Position numbers and translations under genes: made by a program. Source: Dehalococcoidia bacterium (GTDB lineage Bacteria; Chloroflexota; Dehalococcoidia; UBA2979). Taken from it: a stretch of DNA of 64,000 bases. Below the pieces are notes generated by a model, which had not been told where the DNA came from, did not search any database, and was given only the letters and a program-made list of their open reading frames with translations. Where the stretch lies: contig OZ250164.1 of NCBI GenBank assembly GCA_965237865.1, positions 1,480,142-1,544,141 of the forward strand, written 5' to 3'. The first letter of the stretch is position 1. Each line of letters begins with the position of its first letter. Shown in pieces: positions 1 to 8,587 of this stretch.

Positions 1-391
1 GCTGGCCGCGAGCGGCTTCAGGGACACGACGCGCCTCGCCGGCACGGACGAGAACATGTCGCACGACATCGCGCTCACCAACCGCGAGCAGCTGGTCCAC
101 TGGCTGCAACGCCTCCGCGGCGCCATCCACGACCTCGAGGACATGGTCGCCGACCCGGAGCGGGACGAGGATCTGCTGCGCCACCTGGCACAGCTGAACC
201 TGGACCACCTCGCCTTCGAGGACGGCCAGATCGGGCGCGTCGAGATCGACCAGAAGGGCGCCGGCCTCCCGGAAAGCTCGATGACCGACCTGCTCCTCGG
301 CGGCGCGATCTCGGATCGCCTGCGCCAGATGTCCGAGCCCGACAGCGAGAAGCGCGAGCCGGACCGCGGGCGCTTCTTCGGCCGCCGCTAG
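1..391 (+). CDS. tyrA: Prephenate dehydrogenase (TyrA), C-terminal part; 5' end lies outside the window
   Basis: Frame-2 ORF is open from the window edge. The motif 'GFRDTTRLAGTDENM..DIALTNREQL' matches the TyrA C-terminal region. It sits directly upstream of aroA. Confidence 0.55.
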   Translation, partial: LAASGFRDTTRLAGTDENMSHDIALTNREQLVHWLQRLRGAIHDLEDMVADPERDEDLLRHLAQLNLDHLAFEDGQIGRVEIDQKGAGLPESSMTDLLLGGAISDRLRQMSEPDSEKREPDRGRFFGRR

Positions 392-398
392 CCGCGCA

Positions 399-1706
399 AT
401 GGACGCCCCGCACACGATGCGCGTCTCGCCGCCGGCGCGGCTGCGCGGCCGGATCGAGATCCCCGGCGACAAGTCGATCACCCACCGCGCGCTCATGCTC
501 AACGCCACCGCCGAGGGCGAGGCGCGTATCGACGGCTTCCTCGACGCCGCCGACACCCGCTCCACCCTCGAGTGCATGCGCGCGCTCGGCGCGGAGATCC
601 AACAGCCAGCGCCGGACGTGCTGATCGTCCGCGGGCGCGGCCGCGCGGGACTCCGCGAGGCGTCCGACGTGCTCGACTGCGGGAACTCGGGCACGACGAT
701 CCGGCTGCTCAGCGGCCTGCTCGCCGGGCTGCCGTTTCTCTCCGTGCTAACGGGCGACGGATCCCTGCGCGGCCGCCCGATGGGCCGCATCGTCCAGCCG
801 CTGCGCGCCCTCGGCGCCCGCGTCAGCGCTCGCGCGGACGGCACGCTGCCGCCGCTGGTGATCGAGGGCGGCGCGATCGCCGGCGGCCAGCGCATCGAGA
901 CGCCGGTCGCCTCGGCGCAGGTGAAGTCCGCCATCCTGCTTGCCGGGCTTGCCGCCGAGGGCGCCACGACCGTCGCCGAGCCCTCACGTTCGCGCGACCA
1001 CAGCGAGCGCATGCTGGCCGCCATGGGCGCCGATGTCGCCGTCGAGGGCGCCACGGTGACGCTGGCGCCGCCCGCCAGCGATCTGCAGGCGATCGATGTG
1101 CGCGTCCCGGGCGACATCTCCACGGCAGCCGTCTGGATCGTCGCCGCCTCACTGCACCCGGACGCCGACGTGCTACTCACGGGCGTCGGCCTCAACCCGA
1201 CGCGCGCCGGCCTCCTCGAGGTGCTGCGCGAGATGGGCGCCGACATCCAGGAGCTCGAGACGCGCTCGGTGGGCGGCGAGCCGGTCGCGGACCTGCGCGT
1301 CCGCTCCGCCTCGCTGCGCGGCGTGCGCATCGGGGGCGACGTCGTGCCGCGCGCGATCGACGAGCTGCCGCTGCTCGCGCTCGCGGGCGCCGTCGCCGAG
1401 GGCGAGACCGTGATCGCCGACGCCGCCGAGCTGCGCGTCAAGGAGTCGGACCGCGTCGCCACCACGGCGGCGGCGTTGCGCGCCCTCGGCGCCGAGGTCG
1501 AGGAGCGCGCGGACGGCCTCGCCGTCGGCGGGGGCGCGAGGCTGCGCGGCGGGCTCGTCGATGCGGCCGGCGACCACCGCCTCGCGATGCTCGGCGCGGT
1601 CGGCGCGCTGATCGCGGAGGGCGAGTCCGCGATCGACGGCGCGGACGCCGTGGGCGTCTCCTACCCCGCGTTCTGGTCGGACCTCGAGCGACTCGGCTCG
1701 GCGTAG
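399..1706 (+). CDS. aroA: 3-phosphoshikimate 1-carboxyvinyltransferase (EPSP synthase)
   Basis: 435 aa. N-terminus 'GDKSITHRALML' and motifs 'LDCGNSGTTIRLL' and 'RVKESDRV' are EPSP synthase hallmarks. Confidence 0.93.
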   Translation: MDAPHTMRVSPPARLRGRIEIPGDKSITHRALMLNATAEGEARIDGFLDAADTRSTLECMRALGAEIQQPAPDVLIVRGRGRAGLREASDVLDCGNSGTTIRLLSGLLAGLPFLSVLTGDGSLRGRPMGRIVQPLRALGARVSARADGTLPPLVIEGGAIAGGQRIETPVASAQVKSAILLAGLAAEGATTVAEPSRSRDHSERMLAAMGADVAVEGATVTLAPPASDLQAIDVRVPGDISTAAVWIVAASLHPDADVLLTGVGLNPTRAGLLEVLREMGADIQELETRSVGGEPVADLRVRSASLRGVRIGGDVVPRAIDELPLLALAGAVAEGETVIADAAELRVKESDRVATTAAALRALGAEVEERADGLAVGGGARLRGGLVDAAGDHRLAMLGAVGALIAEGESAIDGADAVGVSYPAFWSDLERLGSA

Positions 1707-1717
1707 GGCGGGGCGCG

Positions 1718-2311
1718 ATGTCGACCGCGCCGCCGTTGCTGGCCGTGATCTCCGGGCCGTCCGGCGTCGGCAAGGACGCCGTGATGAGCACGCTGCTCGC
1801 GGGCGACGAGTTCGCCCGCCCGGTCACGATGACCACGCGCCCGCCGCGCCCCGGCGAGGTCGACGGCGTCCACTACGTCTTCGCCAGCGGCGAGGCGTTC
1901 AGCACCGCCGTCCGCTCGGGCGAACTGGTCGAGCACGCCGCGGTCCACGGCCGCCTCTACGGCACGCCTCGCGCACAGTTGCGCGCCGCCCTCGCGAGCG
2001 GGCGCGACGTGCTGCTGCAGGTGGACGTGCAGGGTGCGATCGCGATCCGCGAGGCGATCCCGGAGGCGCGGCTGCTGTTTATCGCCCCCGAGAGCCTTGA
2101 GCAGATCGAGCAGCGGCTGCGTGAGCGCGAGGCGGATTCCGCCGAGCGCGCCCTCCGCATCGCCACCGCGCGCGCCGAGCTGGAGCAGCAGGACGCCTTC
2201 GACGCCGTGATCGTGAACACCGAGGGCGACCTCGATGGCACGGTCGCCCGTGTGCGCGCCTGGATCGCGCGCGAGCGCGCGCGTCCGGGGCGTCGCGCGG
2301 TGGAGGTGTGA
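1718..2311 (+). CDS. gmk: Guanylate kinase
   Basis: Internal ATG at 1718 within the longer ORF 572..2311. P-loop 'GPSGVGKD' and 'TTRPPRPGEVDGVHYVF' match the GMP-kinase signature. The N-terminal extension in the ORF track is Arg-rich GC noise. Confidence 0.8.
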   Translation: MSTAPPLLAVISGPSGVGKDAVMSTLLAGDEFARPVTMTTRPPRPGEVDGVHYVFASGEAFSTAVRSGELVEHAAVHGRLYGTPRAQLRAALASGRDVLLQVDVQGAIAIREAIPEARLLFIAPESLEQIEQRLREREADSAERALRIATARAELEQQDAFDAVIVNTEGDLDGTVARVRAWIARERARPGRRAVEV

Positions 2312-2409
2312 GCGGGGCCGCCCGGGCGCCGACATGGTAGCCTCCACCCTTGGCTCACAAGCCGCTCGTCACTGACCGATGCCTGGGTGCGCGGATGGCG
2401 TGAGCGAGC

Positions 2410-3531
2410 ATGAACGGAGGGAGCGCCAGCGTGCGGAAATGCGGACTGCTGGCGACGATGGGCGCTGTGCTGGCAGTCGCGCTCACGATCGGCGGGGATT
2501 TTGTCGAGAACGTAGTCGCGTCTCACTCCAACAGCGTCGACGTGCGCGTCACAGCCCGCGGAACCGCCGACGGGACTGGCCGGGTGGAGTTCGCTATCCA
2601 GCAACGGCTCCCGAATGGGGAGTGGAGCCCGCGCAAGACGGGCTCGGCTCGCTTCATGACTCCTGCGCTCATTGCGGAAGGCACGTGGAAGAACGCATCG
2701 CCGGTGCAGGTCGAAGTCCCGGCCGATCATGCCTTCGTCACGGACCCCACGCCCACGCCGGCACCCCCGCTCACCGAGACGCCCGCACCCGGATCCACGG
2801 ACTGCGCGCCGTGGGTCTACTGTTTCTCGTCGCGCTGGGACGCGATCACCGAGTGGCGCGAGTCGATGCGCTGGCAGGATCCCCTCCCGCAACCCGAGCC
2901 ACCGACGGACTGGGAACATGCGACGTGGCGGTTCGCCCCGGACGGCTACCGGGACCGCCCGTTCATCTTGCGCGACGACGAACGCATTTCCAGACTCCGA
3001 GCCCCGGAGTTGCGCGACATAGGGCGGATCTTCGCGCGCCACCAGGCGGTGCTTAAGGCGCGGGCGGAGTCGCTTGAGTGGATGAACTTTGACCCTCTCG
3101 ACGGGTTGTTGACGGGGGTAAGGAGCAGTTTCGCGCGAAGCGAAAGGGAAGCCCAGCGCGAGTGGAACGAGTCGCGCCAAACGCCACCGCATGTCCACGA
3201 GATCGTCGCGATCGCTTACTACCCCACCAGCGGACGAGCCAGAGTGTACGAAGTCTACCGCAACAGCTCGCTCGTAGCGCGCGACGGGACGACGGGGGAG
3301 GTCCTGGGCGGACTGATTCCTGAACGGATACAGCCGGAGGGCGACGTCGTTGTGGCCTTGACCTTCTGGGAGAGGGAGGGTGACGAGTGGCTCCTTGGCA
3401 CCCCATTCCGATCGCAGCCCTACAGCGGCACCTTGCCGTCGTCCACTGGTTGGCCATGGTCCGACGACGACCCTTACGGCCCGTACCTCCGGTTGTGGTG
3501 GGCAGCGTTGCAAGCTGAGTCCGGCGAGTAG
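2410..3531 (+). CDS. Hypothetical secreted/membrane-anchored protein (373 aa), lies in a lower-GC patch
   Basis: N-terminal hydrophobic segment 'LLATMGAVLAVALTIGG'. Pro/Thr linker. No recognisable family. Local GC is visibly below the ~70% background. Confidence 0.5.
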   Translation: MNGGSASVRKCGLLATMGAVLAVALTIGGDFVENVVASHSNSVDVRVTARGTADGTGRVEFAIQQRLPNGEWSPRKTGSARFMTPALIAEGTWKNASPVQVEVPADHAFVTDPTPTPAPPLTETPAPGSTDCAPWVYCFSSRWDAITEWRESMRWQDPLPQPEPPTDWEHATWRFAPDGYRDRPFILRDDERISRLRAPELRDIGRIFARHQAVLKARAESLEWMNFDPLDGLLTGVRSSFARSEREAQREWNESRQTPPHVHEIVAIAYYPTSGRARVYEVYRNSSLVARDGTTGEVLGGLIPERIQPEGDVVVALTFWEREGDEWLLGTPFRSQPYSGTLPSSTGWPWSDDDPYGPYLRLWWAALQAESGE

Positions 3532-3662
3532 CAACCGCACCAAGCCCACCGAGCAGATGGACCAGATGGCCACCCTGTTAGCGCTACATGACGTGCTTCC
3601 TGGCCACCCGATGGCACAGGCAAGCATGGCGGGAAGGGTTGCGCGCGCTCTAAGCTGCATCG

Positions 3663-4196
3663 ATGAGCGACCTCAATTGTGACTGGGCGGCCCTTGTTCT
3701 CGTCGGCGCCACTCTGGTGCTGGCACTGGCGACCTTCTGGCTCGCCTGGAAGACACGCGCTATGGCCAACGCGACGGCGCAACTCGTAGCGATAGAGGTC
3801 GACCGGCGTGCCGAGGAAGGGCTCGCGGCACTCAGTATCGTCTCCCGAGAGCCAGCGCCTGGCGCACCCAAGATCGGCGGGCTGACGCCAGTCCGGGTGA
3901 TCGTCCAGAACACGCGGAAGGGAGAGGCGAGCAACATCGTCGTGCGGTATCGCGACGGTGACCGAGGCGGCACGTTCTGGCGAGACCGCCTCGCGGGCCT
4001 CGGTACGTTCTCCCTTCTCGAGGATGAGTTCAGCGAAATCACGCCCGAAGATCTGCGCGCCTCGGCCGATCGCTTCATGGACGTGCGATGGACCGACCAG
4101 CGAGGTCCGCAGTCATCGCCAGTCTACGGCTGGGAGGACGGCCGCACTGGCGCCCCTGATGGCCTACTCGACCTCCCGTCCCCCGAATCACAATAG
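3663..4196 (+). CDS. Hypothetical small membrane protein (177 aa)
   Basis: N-terminal TM helix 'WAALVLVGATLVLALATFWLAW'. Lower-GC patch. No recognisable family. Confidence 0.45.
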   Translation: MSDLNCDWAALVLVGATLVLALATFWLAWKTRAMANATAQLVAIEVDRRAEEGLAALSIVSREPAPGAPKIGGLTPVRVIVQNTRKGEASNIVVRYRDGDRGGTFWRDRLAGLGTFSLLEDEFSEITPEDLRASADRFMDVRWTDQRGPQSSPVYGWEDGRTGAPDGLLDLPSPESQ

Positions 4197-4657
4197 GACC
4201 GCTGAGCATTGGATACCGGAACGCTTGCCGGGTGTTGAGCCGTGCTGAACGAAACCTGCGGCGAGGGAGTCTGCTGGACGCCGAACTGCCACCATGTGGA
4301 GTGACTTCGCGCCCTCCGCGTTGACACTCCGGCACCGCCAGCCGTAGCCTCGATAGCGGTCGCAGCGTGAAGAGAGCGACGAAGAACGGGAGTAGTACGC
4401 CGCCACGCGGGGCCCAGAGAGCCGGGGCAAGGTGGAAGCCCGGCGCCCGACAGCAGCGGCGGAATGGACCCGGGAGTCTCGGCCCGAACGCCCCTCGGGG
4501 CAAGTAGGCGTCGACGGTGTGGGCGCCGTTATCCAGGCCCAGGGCATCGCCGCCACGTCCCGCATCCGGGGCAGCCGGGCGGCCGTGCCTTGAATGAGCG
4601 CGAGCCGCGCGGGCCTCGAGGCCTGCCGGCGCGCGGAACTTGGGTGGCGCCGCGAGG

Positions 4658-4685
4658 ACCATCGCCCCAGGGCGGTGGTTCTTTT
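4658..4685 (+). terminator. Candidate intrinsic terminator or attenuator-like hairpin upstream of the trp leader
   Basis: Stem 'CCAUCGCC' / 'GGCGGUGG' with one G-U pair and a CCAG loop, followed by 'UUCUUUUG'. U-rich tracts are rare at this GC content. Confidence 0.35.
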
Positions 4686-4730
4686 GCGTCCGGAGCGCAC
4701 ACTGTTCGGGGAGAACGAGGAGGCTTGATC

Positions 4731-4850
4731 GTGCACAGCAGCCCTGCGCCGTACTGCCGCCAGTCCGCGCCGCGCCTCGGCGGCGTCTGGTGGTGGCCGC
4801 ACGCCGCACGGACGGAACGCTGCAGCGCACGGACAGGACCACGACGATGA
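4731..4850 (+). CDS. trpL: trp operon leader peptide (39 aa) with three consecutive Trp codons
   Basis: GTG start 9 nt downstream of the SD 'GAGGAGG'. Sequence reads '...RLGGVWWWPHAARTERCSARTGPRR*'. TGG TGG TGG lies at 4788-4796. Its stop TGA overlaps the trpE ATG as ATGA. Confidence 0.6.
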   Translation: MHSSPAPYCRQSAPRLGGVWWWPHAARTERCSARTGPRR

Positions 4851-6337
4851 CCCCACCCACCGCAACCCGCACGACACCGACCCGCGAGGAGCTGCGCCGC
4901 CTCGCCGCCGCCGGCGAGGGCAACCTCGCCGCGATCTACCGCGAGGTGCGCGCCGACCTCGAGACGCCCGTCTCCGCCTACCTCAAGGTCGCGCGCGGCG
5001 AGTACTCGTTCCTGCTCGAGTCCGTCGAGGGCGGCGAGCGCATGGGGCGCTACTCGTTCATCGGCACGGAGCCCTACCGCGTCAGCGCCCTGCATCACGA
5101 GGACGGCGATCCGCTGCTCGTGATCGAGGACGAGATCAGCCAGTTCCGCCCGGTGCCGGCGCCGGGCCTGCCGCGCTTCCACGGCGGCGCCGTCGGCTAC
5201 CTCGGCTACGAGGCGGTCGGGCACTTCGAGCGCGTGCCGCAGCCGGAGACGGACGCGCTGGGCGTGCCCGAGTCGTGGCTGATGTTCACGGATACGCTGC
5301 TCGTCTTCGACCACGTGCTGCACACCATCAAGGTGATCTCGCACGCGCGCCTCGACGGCGACATCGACGCCGCCTACGACGCCGCGGTCGCGAAGATCGA
5401 CCGCCTCACGGAGCGCCTCGCAGCCCCGCTCGCCGCGCTGCCCTACACCCCGCTCGACGGGCCGACGGGGCAGCCCATCGAGTCCAACTGGGCGCACGCG
5501 GACTACCTGGAGGCCGTCAAGACGACCAAGCGCTACATCACCGACGGCGACATCATCCAGGCGGTGATCGCGCAGCGCTTCTCGCGCAGGACCGGCGTAC
5601 ACGCGGTGGAGCTCTACCGCTCGCTGCGCGTGGTCAACCCCTCGCCCTACATGTACCTGCTGCAGTTCGGCGAGATCGCCATCGTTGGCGCCTCCCCCGA
5701 GCTGCTGGTGAAGGTCGAGGACGGCCGCGTCGACGTGCACCCGATCGCGGGCACGCGGCCACGCACCGGATCGCCCGCCGAGGACGAGCGGCTGGCCGAG
5801 GAGCTGCGCAACGATCCGAAGGAGATCGCGGAACACGTGATGCTGCTCGACCTCGGGCGCAACGACGTGGGGCGCGTCTCGAAGATCGGCTCGGTCGAGG
5901 TGACGCAGAGCTTCGACCTCGAGTTCTACTCGCACGTCATGCACCTCGTGAGCCACGTGCAGGGCGAGCTGCGCGAGGGGATGAGCGAGTACGACGCGCT
6001 GCGGTCGGCCTTCCCGGCGGGCACGGTCTCCGGCGCGCCGAAGATCCGCGCGATGGAGATCATCGCGGAGCTGGAGCCGGACCGGCGCGGCCCGTACGCG
6101 GGCGCGGTGGGGTTCTTCGACCTCTCGGGCAACGTCGAGACCTGCATCACGATCCGCACCGCGCTGCTGCGCGACGGCGTCGCCTACGTGCAGGCCGGCG
6201 GCGGCATCGTCTACGACTCCGACCCGCAGCGGGAGTTCGAGGAGACCCAGCACAAGGCGCGGGCGCTGATGGCCGCCATCGACGACGCCGAGGCGCGGGC
6301 CGGCGTCAGCACGCCGTCGGGAAGCCTGGGCTACTGA
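4847..6337 (+). CDS. trpE: Anthranilate synthase component I
   Basis: 496 aa from the internal ATG at 4847. Chorismate-binding domain motifs 'LLESVEGGE', 'GAVGYLGYE' and 'PAGTVSGAPKIRAMEII...GPYAGAVGF' are present. Confidence 0.93.
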   Translation: MTPPTATRTTPTREELRRLAAAGEGNLAAIYREVRADLETPVSAYLKVARGEYSFLLESVEGGERMGRYSFIGTEPYRVSALHHEDGDPLLVIEDEISQFRPVPAPGLPRFHGGAVGYLGYEAVGHFERVPQPETDALGVPESWLMFTDTLLVFDHVLHTIKVISHARLDGDIDAAYDAAVAKIDRLTERLAAPLAALPYTPLDGPTGQPIESNWAHADYLEAVKTTKRYITDGDIIQAVIAQRFSRRTGVHAVELYRSLRVVNPSPYMYLLQFGEIAIVGASPELLVKVEDGRVDVHPIAGTRPRTGSPAEDERLAEELRNDPKEIAEHVMLLDLGRNDVGRVSKIGSVEVTQSFDLEFYSHVMHLVSHVQGELREGMSEYDALRSAFPAGTVSGAPKIRAMEIIAELEPDRRGPYAGAVGFFDLSGNVETCITIRTALLRDGVAYVQAGGGIVYDSDPQREFEETQHKARALMAAIDDAEARAGVSTPSGSLGY

Positions 6338-7263
6338 TGGACGCCAAACCGCTCGTCGCCGCCGCCGCGCTGCGCCGCAGCGACGGACGCGTGCTGCTCG
6401 TGCAACACGCCCGGCAGGAGCGCAGCGGCGCCGGCAGCCGCTGGTCCCTGCCCTCGGAGCCCGTCGCCGACGACGAGACCGCGGAGCAGGCGCTGGCGCG
6501 GCTGCTGAACGACCGCCTGCACCTCACCCCGGACCGCGCCGAGTTCAACGACTCGATCGCGCTGCCGGACGCGATCGCCAACGTCTTCCTCTGCAGCTCG
6601 TGGCGAGGCGACCCGCAGTACGCGCCCGCCGACTTCCTCGATGCAGCGTGGGCGCCTCCCGGCGGGGCAGCCGGCATCAATGTCGTCGAGGGCGTGCGCG
6701 AATGGCTGCAGGGCCTGCCCGCGGACGGCGGCGCGCTCCCCAAGAGCGCAAGCCCCGACGAGCTGACCGCGGAGCTGATCACTGCGCGCGACGCGCTGCG
6801 CGCCGCCTACCTCGCCCTCGATGAGCCGTGGCGCGACGTCAGCCTCGACGGCGACTGGGCGCCGGTCGAGCTGCTCGCGCACTGCGCCACGGTCGAGGCC
6901 TACTACGCCTCCGAGGCGCGCGAGCTGCTGGAGACACCGGGCCACACCTGGCGCCCCTTCAACCCGGCGCAGGGCGCCGCCGAGCGCGCGGGCCGCGCGC
7001 GCCCGTCCAGCGATCGCGCCGAGCTCGAACGCCTCGATGTGCTGCGCACGGAGACGCTCGCCTGGGTCGAGACGCTCGGACGGGACGAGCTCGACGCCTA
7101 CGGCGACCACGCCGATCGCGGCGCGGTGCGTGTCGGCGATCGGATCGCGCGAATCGCGGCCCACGACAAGGCTCACACGCAGCAACTCGCGAAGATGCTC
7201 GCCGCCTCGCAGGCGGACCCCGCTGACGACGAGGAGGCCGACGATGCTTCTGCTGATCGATAA
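6338..7263 (+). CDS. NUDIX hydrolase N-terminal domain fused to a DinB/YfiT-like C-terminal domain (308 aa)
   Basis: Start ATG overlaps the trpE stop. N-terminal '...LVQHARQE..WSLPSEPV..ETAEQALARLL' is Nudix-like. C-terminal 'ELLAHCATVEAYY...IAAHDKAHTQQL' is DinB-like. The last six codons are encoded by the first copy of the 71-bp repeat. Confidence 0.6.
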
Positions 7264-7548
7264 CGTCCGCGCGCGGTCTGTGGCTTACATCCGTGGCCTG
7301 TCTGGAGCGTTCCCATGCTTCTCTTGATCGATAACGTCCGCAGGAGGTCTGTGGCTTACATCCGTGGCCTGTCTGGAGCGTTCCCATGCTTCTCTTGATC
7401 GATAACGTCCGCAGGAGGTCTGTGGCTTGCATCCGTGGCCTGTTTGGAGCGTACCCATGCTTCTCTTGATCGATAACGTCCGCGGGCGGTCTGTGGCCTA
7501 CATCCGTGGCCTGTTTGGAGCGTTCCCATGCTTCTACTGATCGATAAC
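7244..7548. repeat. Tandem direct repeat of a 71-bp unit x4, plus a fifth partial copy that is the trpG start
   Basis: The 'ATGCTTCT(C/G/A)(T/C)TGATCGATAAC' motif begins at 7244, 7315, 7386, 7457 and 7528, exactly 71 bp apart. Units are more than 90% identical. Each unit carries an internal 'AGGAGG' and starts a 27-codon ORF (MLLLIDNVRRRSVAYIRGLSGAFPCFS) whose TGA stop overlaps the next unit's ATG. Confidence 0.9.
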
Positions 7549-8121
7549 TACGATTCGTTCACCTACAACCTCTACCAGTACCTCTCCGAGCTGGGCGCGA
7601 CCGTCGAGGTCGTGCGCAACGACGAGGCCAGCGTCGAGGACTGCCTCGCGATGGGGCCGGAGCGGATCGTCGTCTCGCCGGGGCCGTGCACGCCGGCGGA
7701 GGCAGGCATCTCGATCGATCTGATCCGGGCGGCGGCCGGGCAGGTGCCGCTGCTCGGCGTCTGCCTCGGACACCAGAGCATCGGCGAGGCGTTCGGCGCG
7801 CGGGTCGGTCACGCGGGCGAGATCATGCACGGCAAGATCTCGACGGTGACGCACGACGGGCGAGGCGTCTTCGAGTCGCTGCCGCAGCCGTTCGAGGCGA
7901 TTCGCTATCATTCACTGGCGATCGAGCCGGACTCGCTGCCGGACGAGCTCGAGGTCTCGGCGCGCGCGGAGAGCGGGGTGATCATGGGTGTCCGCCACCG
8001 CACGCTGCCGATCGAGGGCGTCCAGTTCCACCCCGAGTCGATCATGACGGCCACGGGCCACGATCTGCTGCGCAACTTCCTCGCGATGGAGTCGCCGCGC
8101 ACAGCGGCGGCCCCGGCGTGA
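7528..8121 (+). CDS. trpG: Anthranilate synthase component II / glutamine amidotransferase
   Basis: 197 aa. Class-I GATase with 'GVCLGHQSIGEAFG' (catalytic Cys) and 'VQFHPES' (His). Confidence 0.93.
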   Translation: MLLLIDNYDSFTYNLYQYLSELGATVEVVRNDEASVEDCLAMGPERIVVSPGPCTPAEAGISIDLIRAAAGQVPLLGVCLGHQSIGEAFGARVGHAGEIMHGKISTVTHDGRGVFESLPQPFEAIRYHSLAIEPDSLPDELEVSARAESGVIMGVRHRTLPIEGVQFHPESIMTATGHDLLRNFLAMESPRTAAAPA

Positions 8122-8126
8122 GTCGG

Positions 8127-8179
8127 GAGGCGGCCTGAGTTGGGCACGTTCAACGTCACCATCGAAGTTGCGGCCGGAC
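8127..8179. repeat. Left copy of a ~53-bp direct repeat; contains the SD and TTG start of the retropepsin-like gene
   Basis: 'GAGGCGGCCTGAGTTGGGCACGTTCAACGTCACCATCGAAGTTGCGGCCGGAC'. A second copy lies at 8524-8581 with about 8 mismatches. Confidence 0.8.
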
Positions 8180-8535
8180 ACGAGGGACCATTCGAAACCC
8201 TCGACGCCGTCGTGGATACGGGCGCGACGTTCACCCGGGTGCCGTCCTCGATCTTGCAGCGCCTGGGTGTCGAACCCGCGCAGCGGCGCGAGTTCATCAC
8301 GCCCGACGGCAACCGCGTGGAACGCGGCGTGGGTTCAGTCGTGGTCCGGATCGACGAGGAAGCGTCCACTACGCTCGCCGTGTTTGGCGAGAGCGATGGC
8401 AACACGGTGCTCGGATCAGTGACGCTGGCGACGCTTGGCCTCGGGGTCGATCCGGCACGACAGCGGCTGGTTCAGGCACCCGCCTACCTCCCGAGCATCG
8501 TGCTGGCCCCCGACACGGAGCGAGAGGCGGTCTGA
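8140..8535 (+). CDS. Retropepsin-like (clan AA) aspartic protease, 131 aa, inserted between trpG and trpD
   Basis: TTG start preceded by 'GGGAGGCGG'. Catalytic motif 'VVDTGATFTRVP'. The size fits a single-lobe retropepsin or a DUF4124-type protease. Confidence 0.6.
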   Translation: MGTFNVTIEVAAGHEGPFETLDAVVDTGATFTRVPSSILQRLGVEPAQRREFITPDGNRVERGVGSVVVRIDEEASTTLAVFGESDGNTVLGSVTLATLGLGVDPARQRLVQAPAYLPSIVLAPDTEREAV

Positions 8536-8587
8536 GTTGGGCACGTTCAACATCGCCATCGAAGTAGCGGTCAGGCCAGACGCATGA
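8524..8587 (+). repeat. Right copy of the 53-bp direct repeat, encoding a 16-codon uORF coupled to trpD
   Basis: It re-creates the SD 'GAGAGGCGG' and a TTG start at 8540. The uORF reads 'MGTFNIAIEVAVRPDA*'. Its TGA stop at 8585-8587 overlaps the trpD ATG at 8584. Confidence 0.7.

Noticed and set aside
572-2311. 579-aa ORF extending gmk upstream by ~380 Arg/Ala-rich codons, overlapping aroA
   Set aside because: The low-complexity Arg-rich translation is typical of out-of-frame reading of GC-rich coding DNA. It overlaps aroA in another frame. The real start is the internal ATG at 1718.
1957-3660. 567-aa minus-strand ORF across gmk and the hypothetical gene
   Set aside because: It is antisense to better-supported genes. 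Low complexity, no motifs. A GC artefact.
4250-4730. Possible riboswitch or T-box in the 480-bp gap upstream of the trp leader
   Set aside because: I could not recognise any conserved riboswitch core or T-box specifier/T-box sequence by eye. Only the hairpin at 4658-4685 is reported. It needs an Rfam scan.
4529-6253. 574-aa minus-strand ORF antisense to trpE
   Set aside because: It is antisense to a clearly identified trpE. Repetitive Arg/Ala/Gly content.
5275-7263. 662-aa plus-strand ORF (N-terminal 350 aa overlapping trpE out of frame)
   Set aside because: Only the part from the ATG at 6338 (NUDIX/DinB) is supported. The upstream portion is an Arg-rich alternative frame of trpE.
7244-7548. 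Possible CRISPR array
   Set aside because: The units are contiguous 71-bp direct repeats with no unique spacers and no cas genes. It is a plain tandem duplication.
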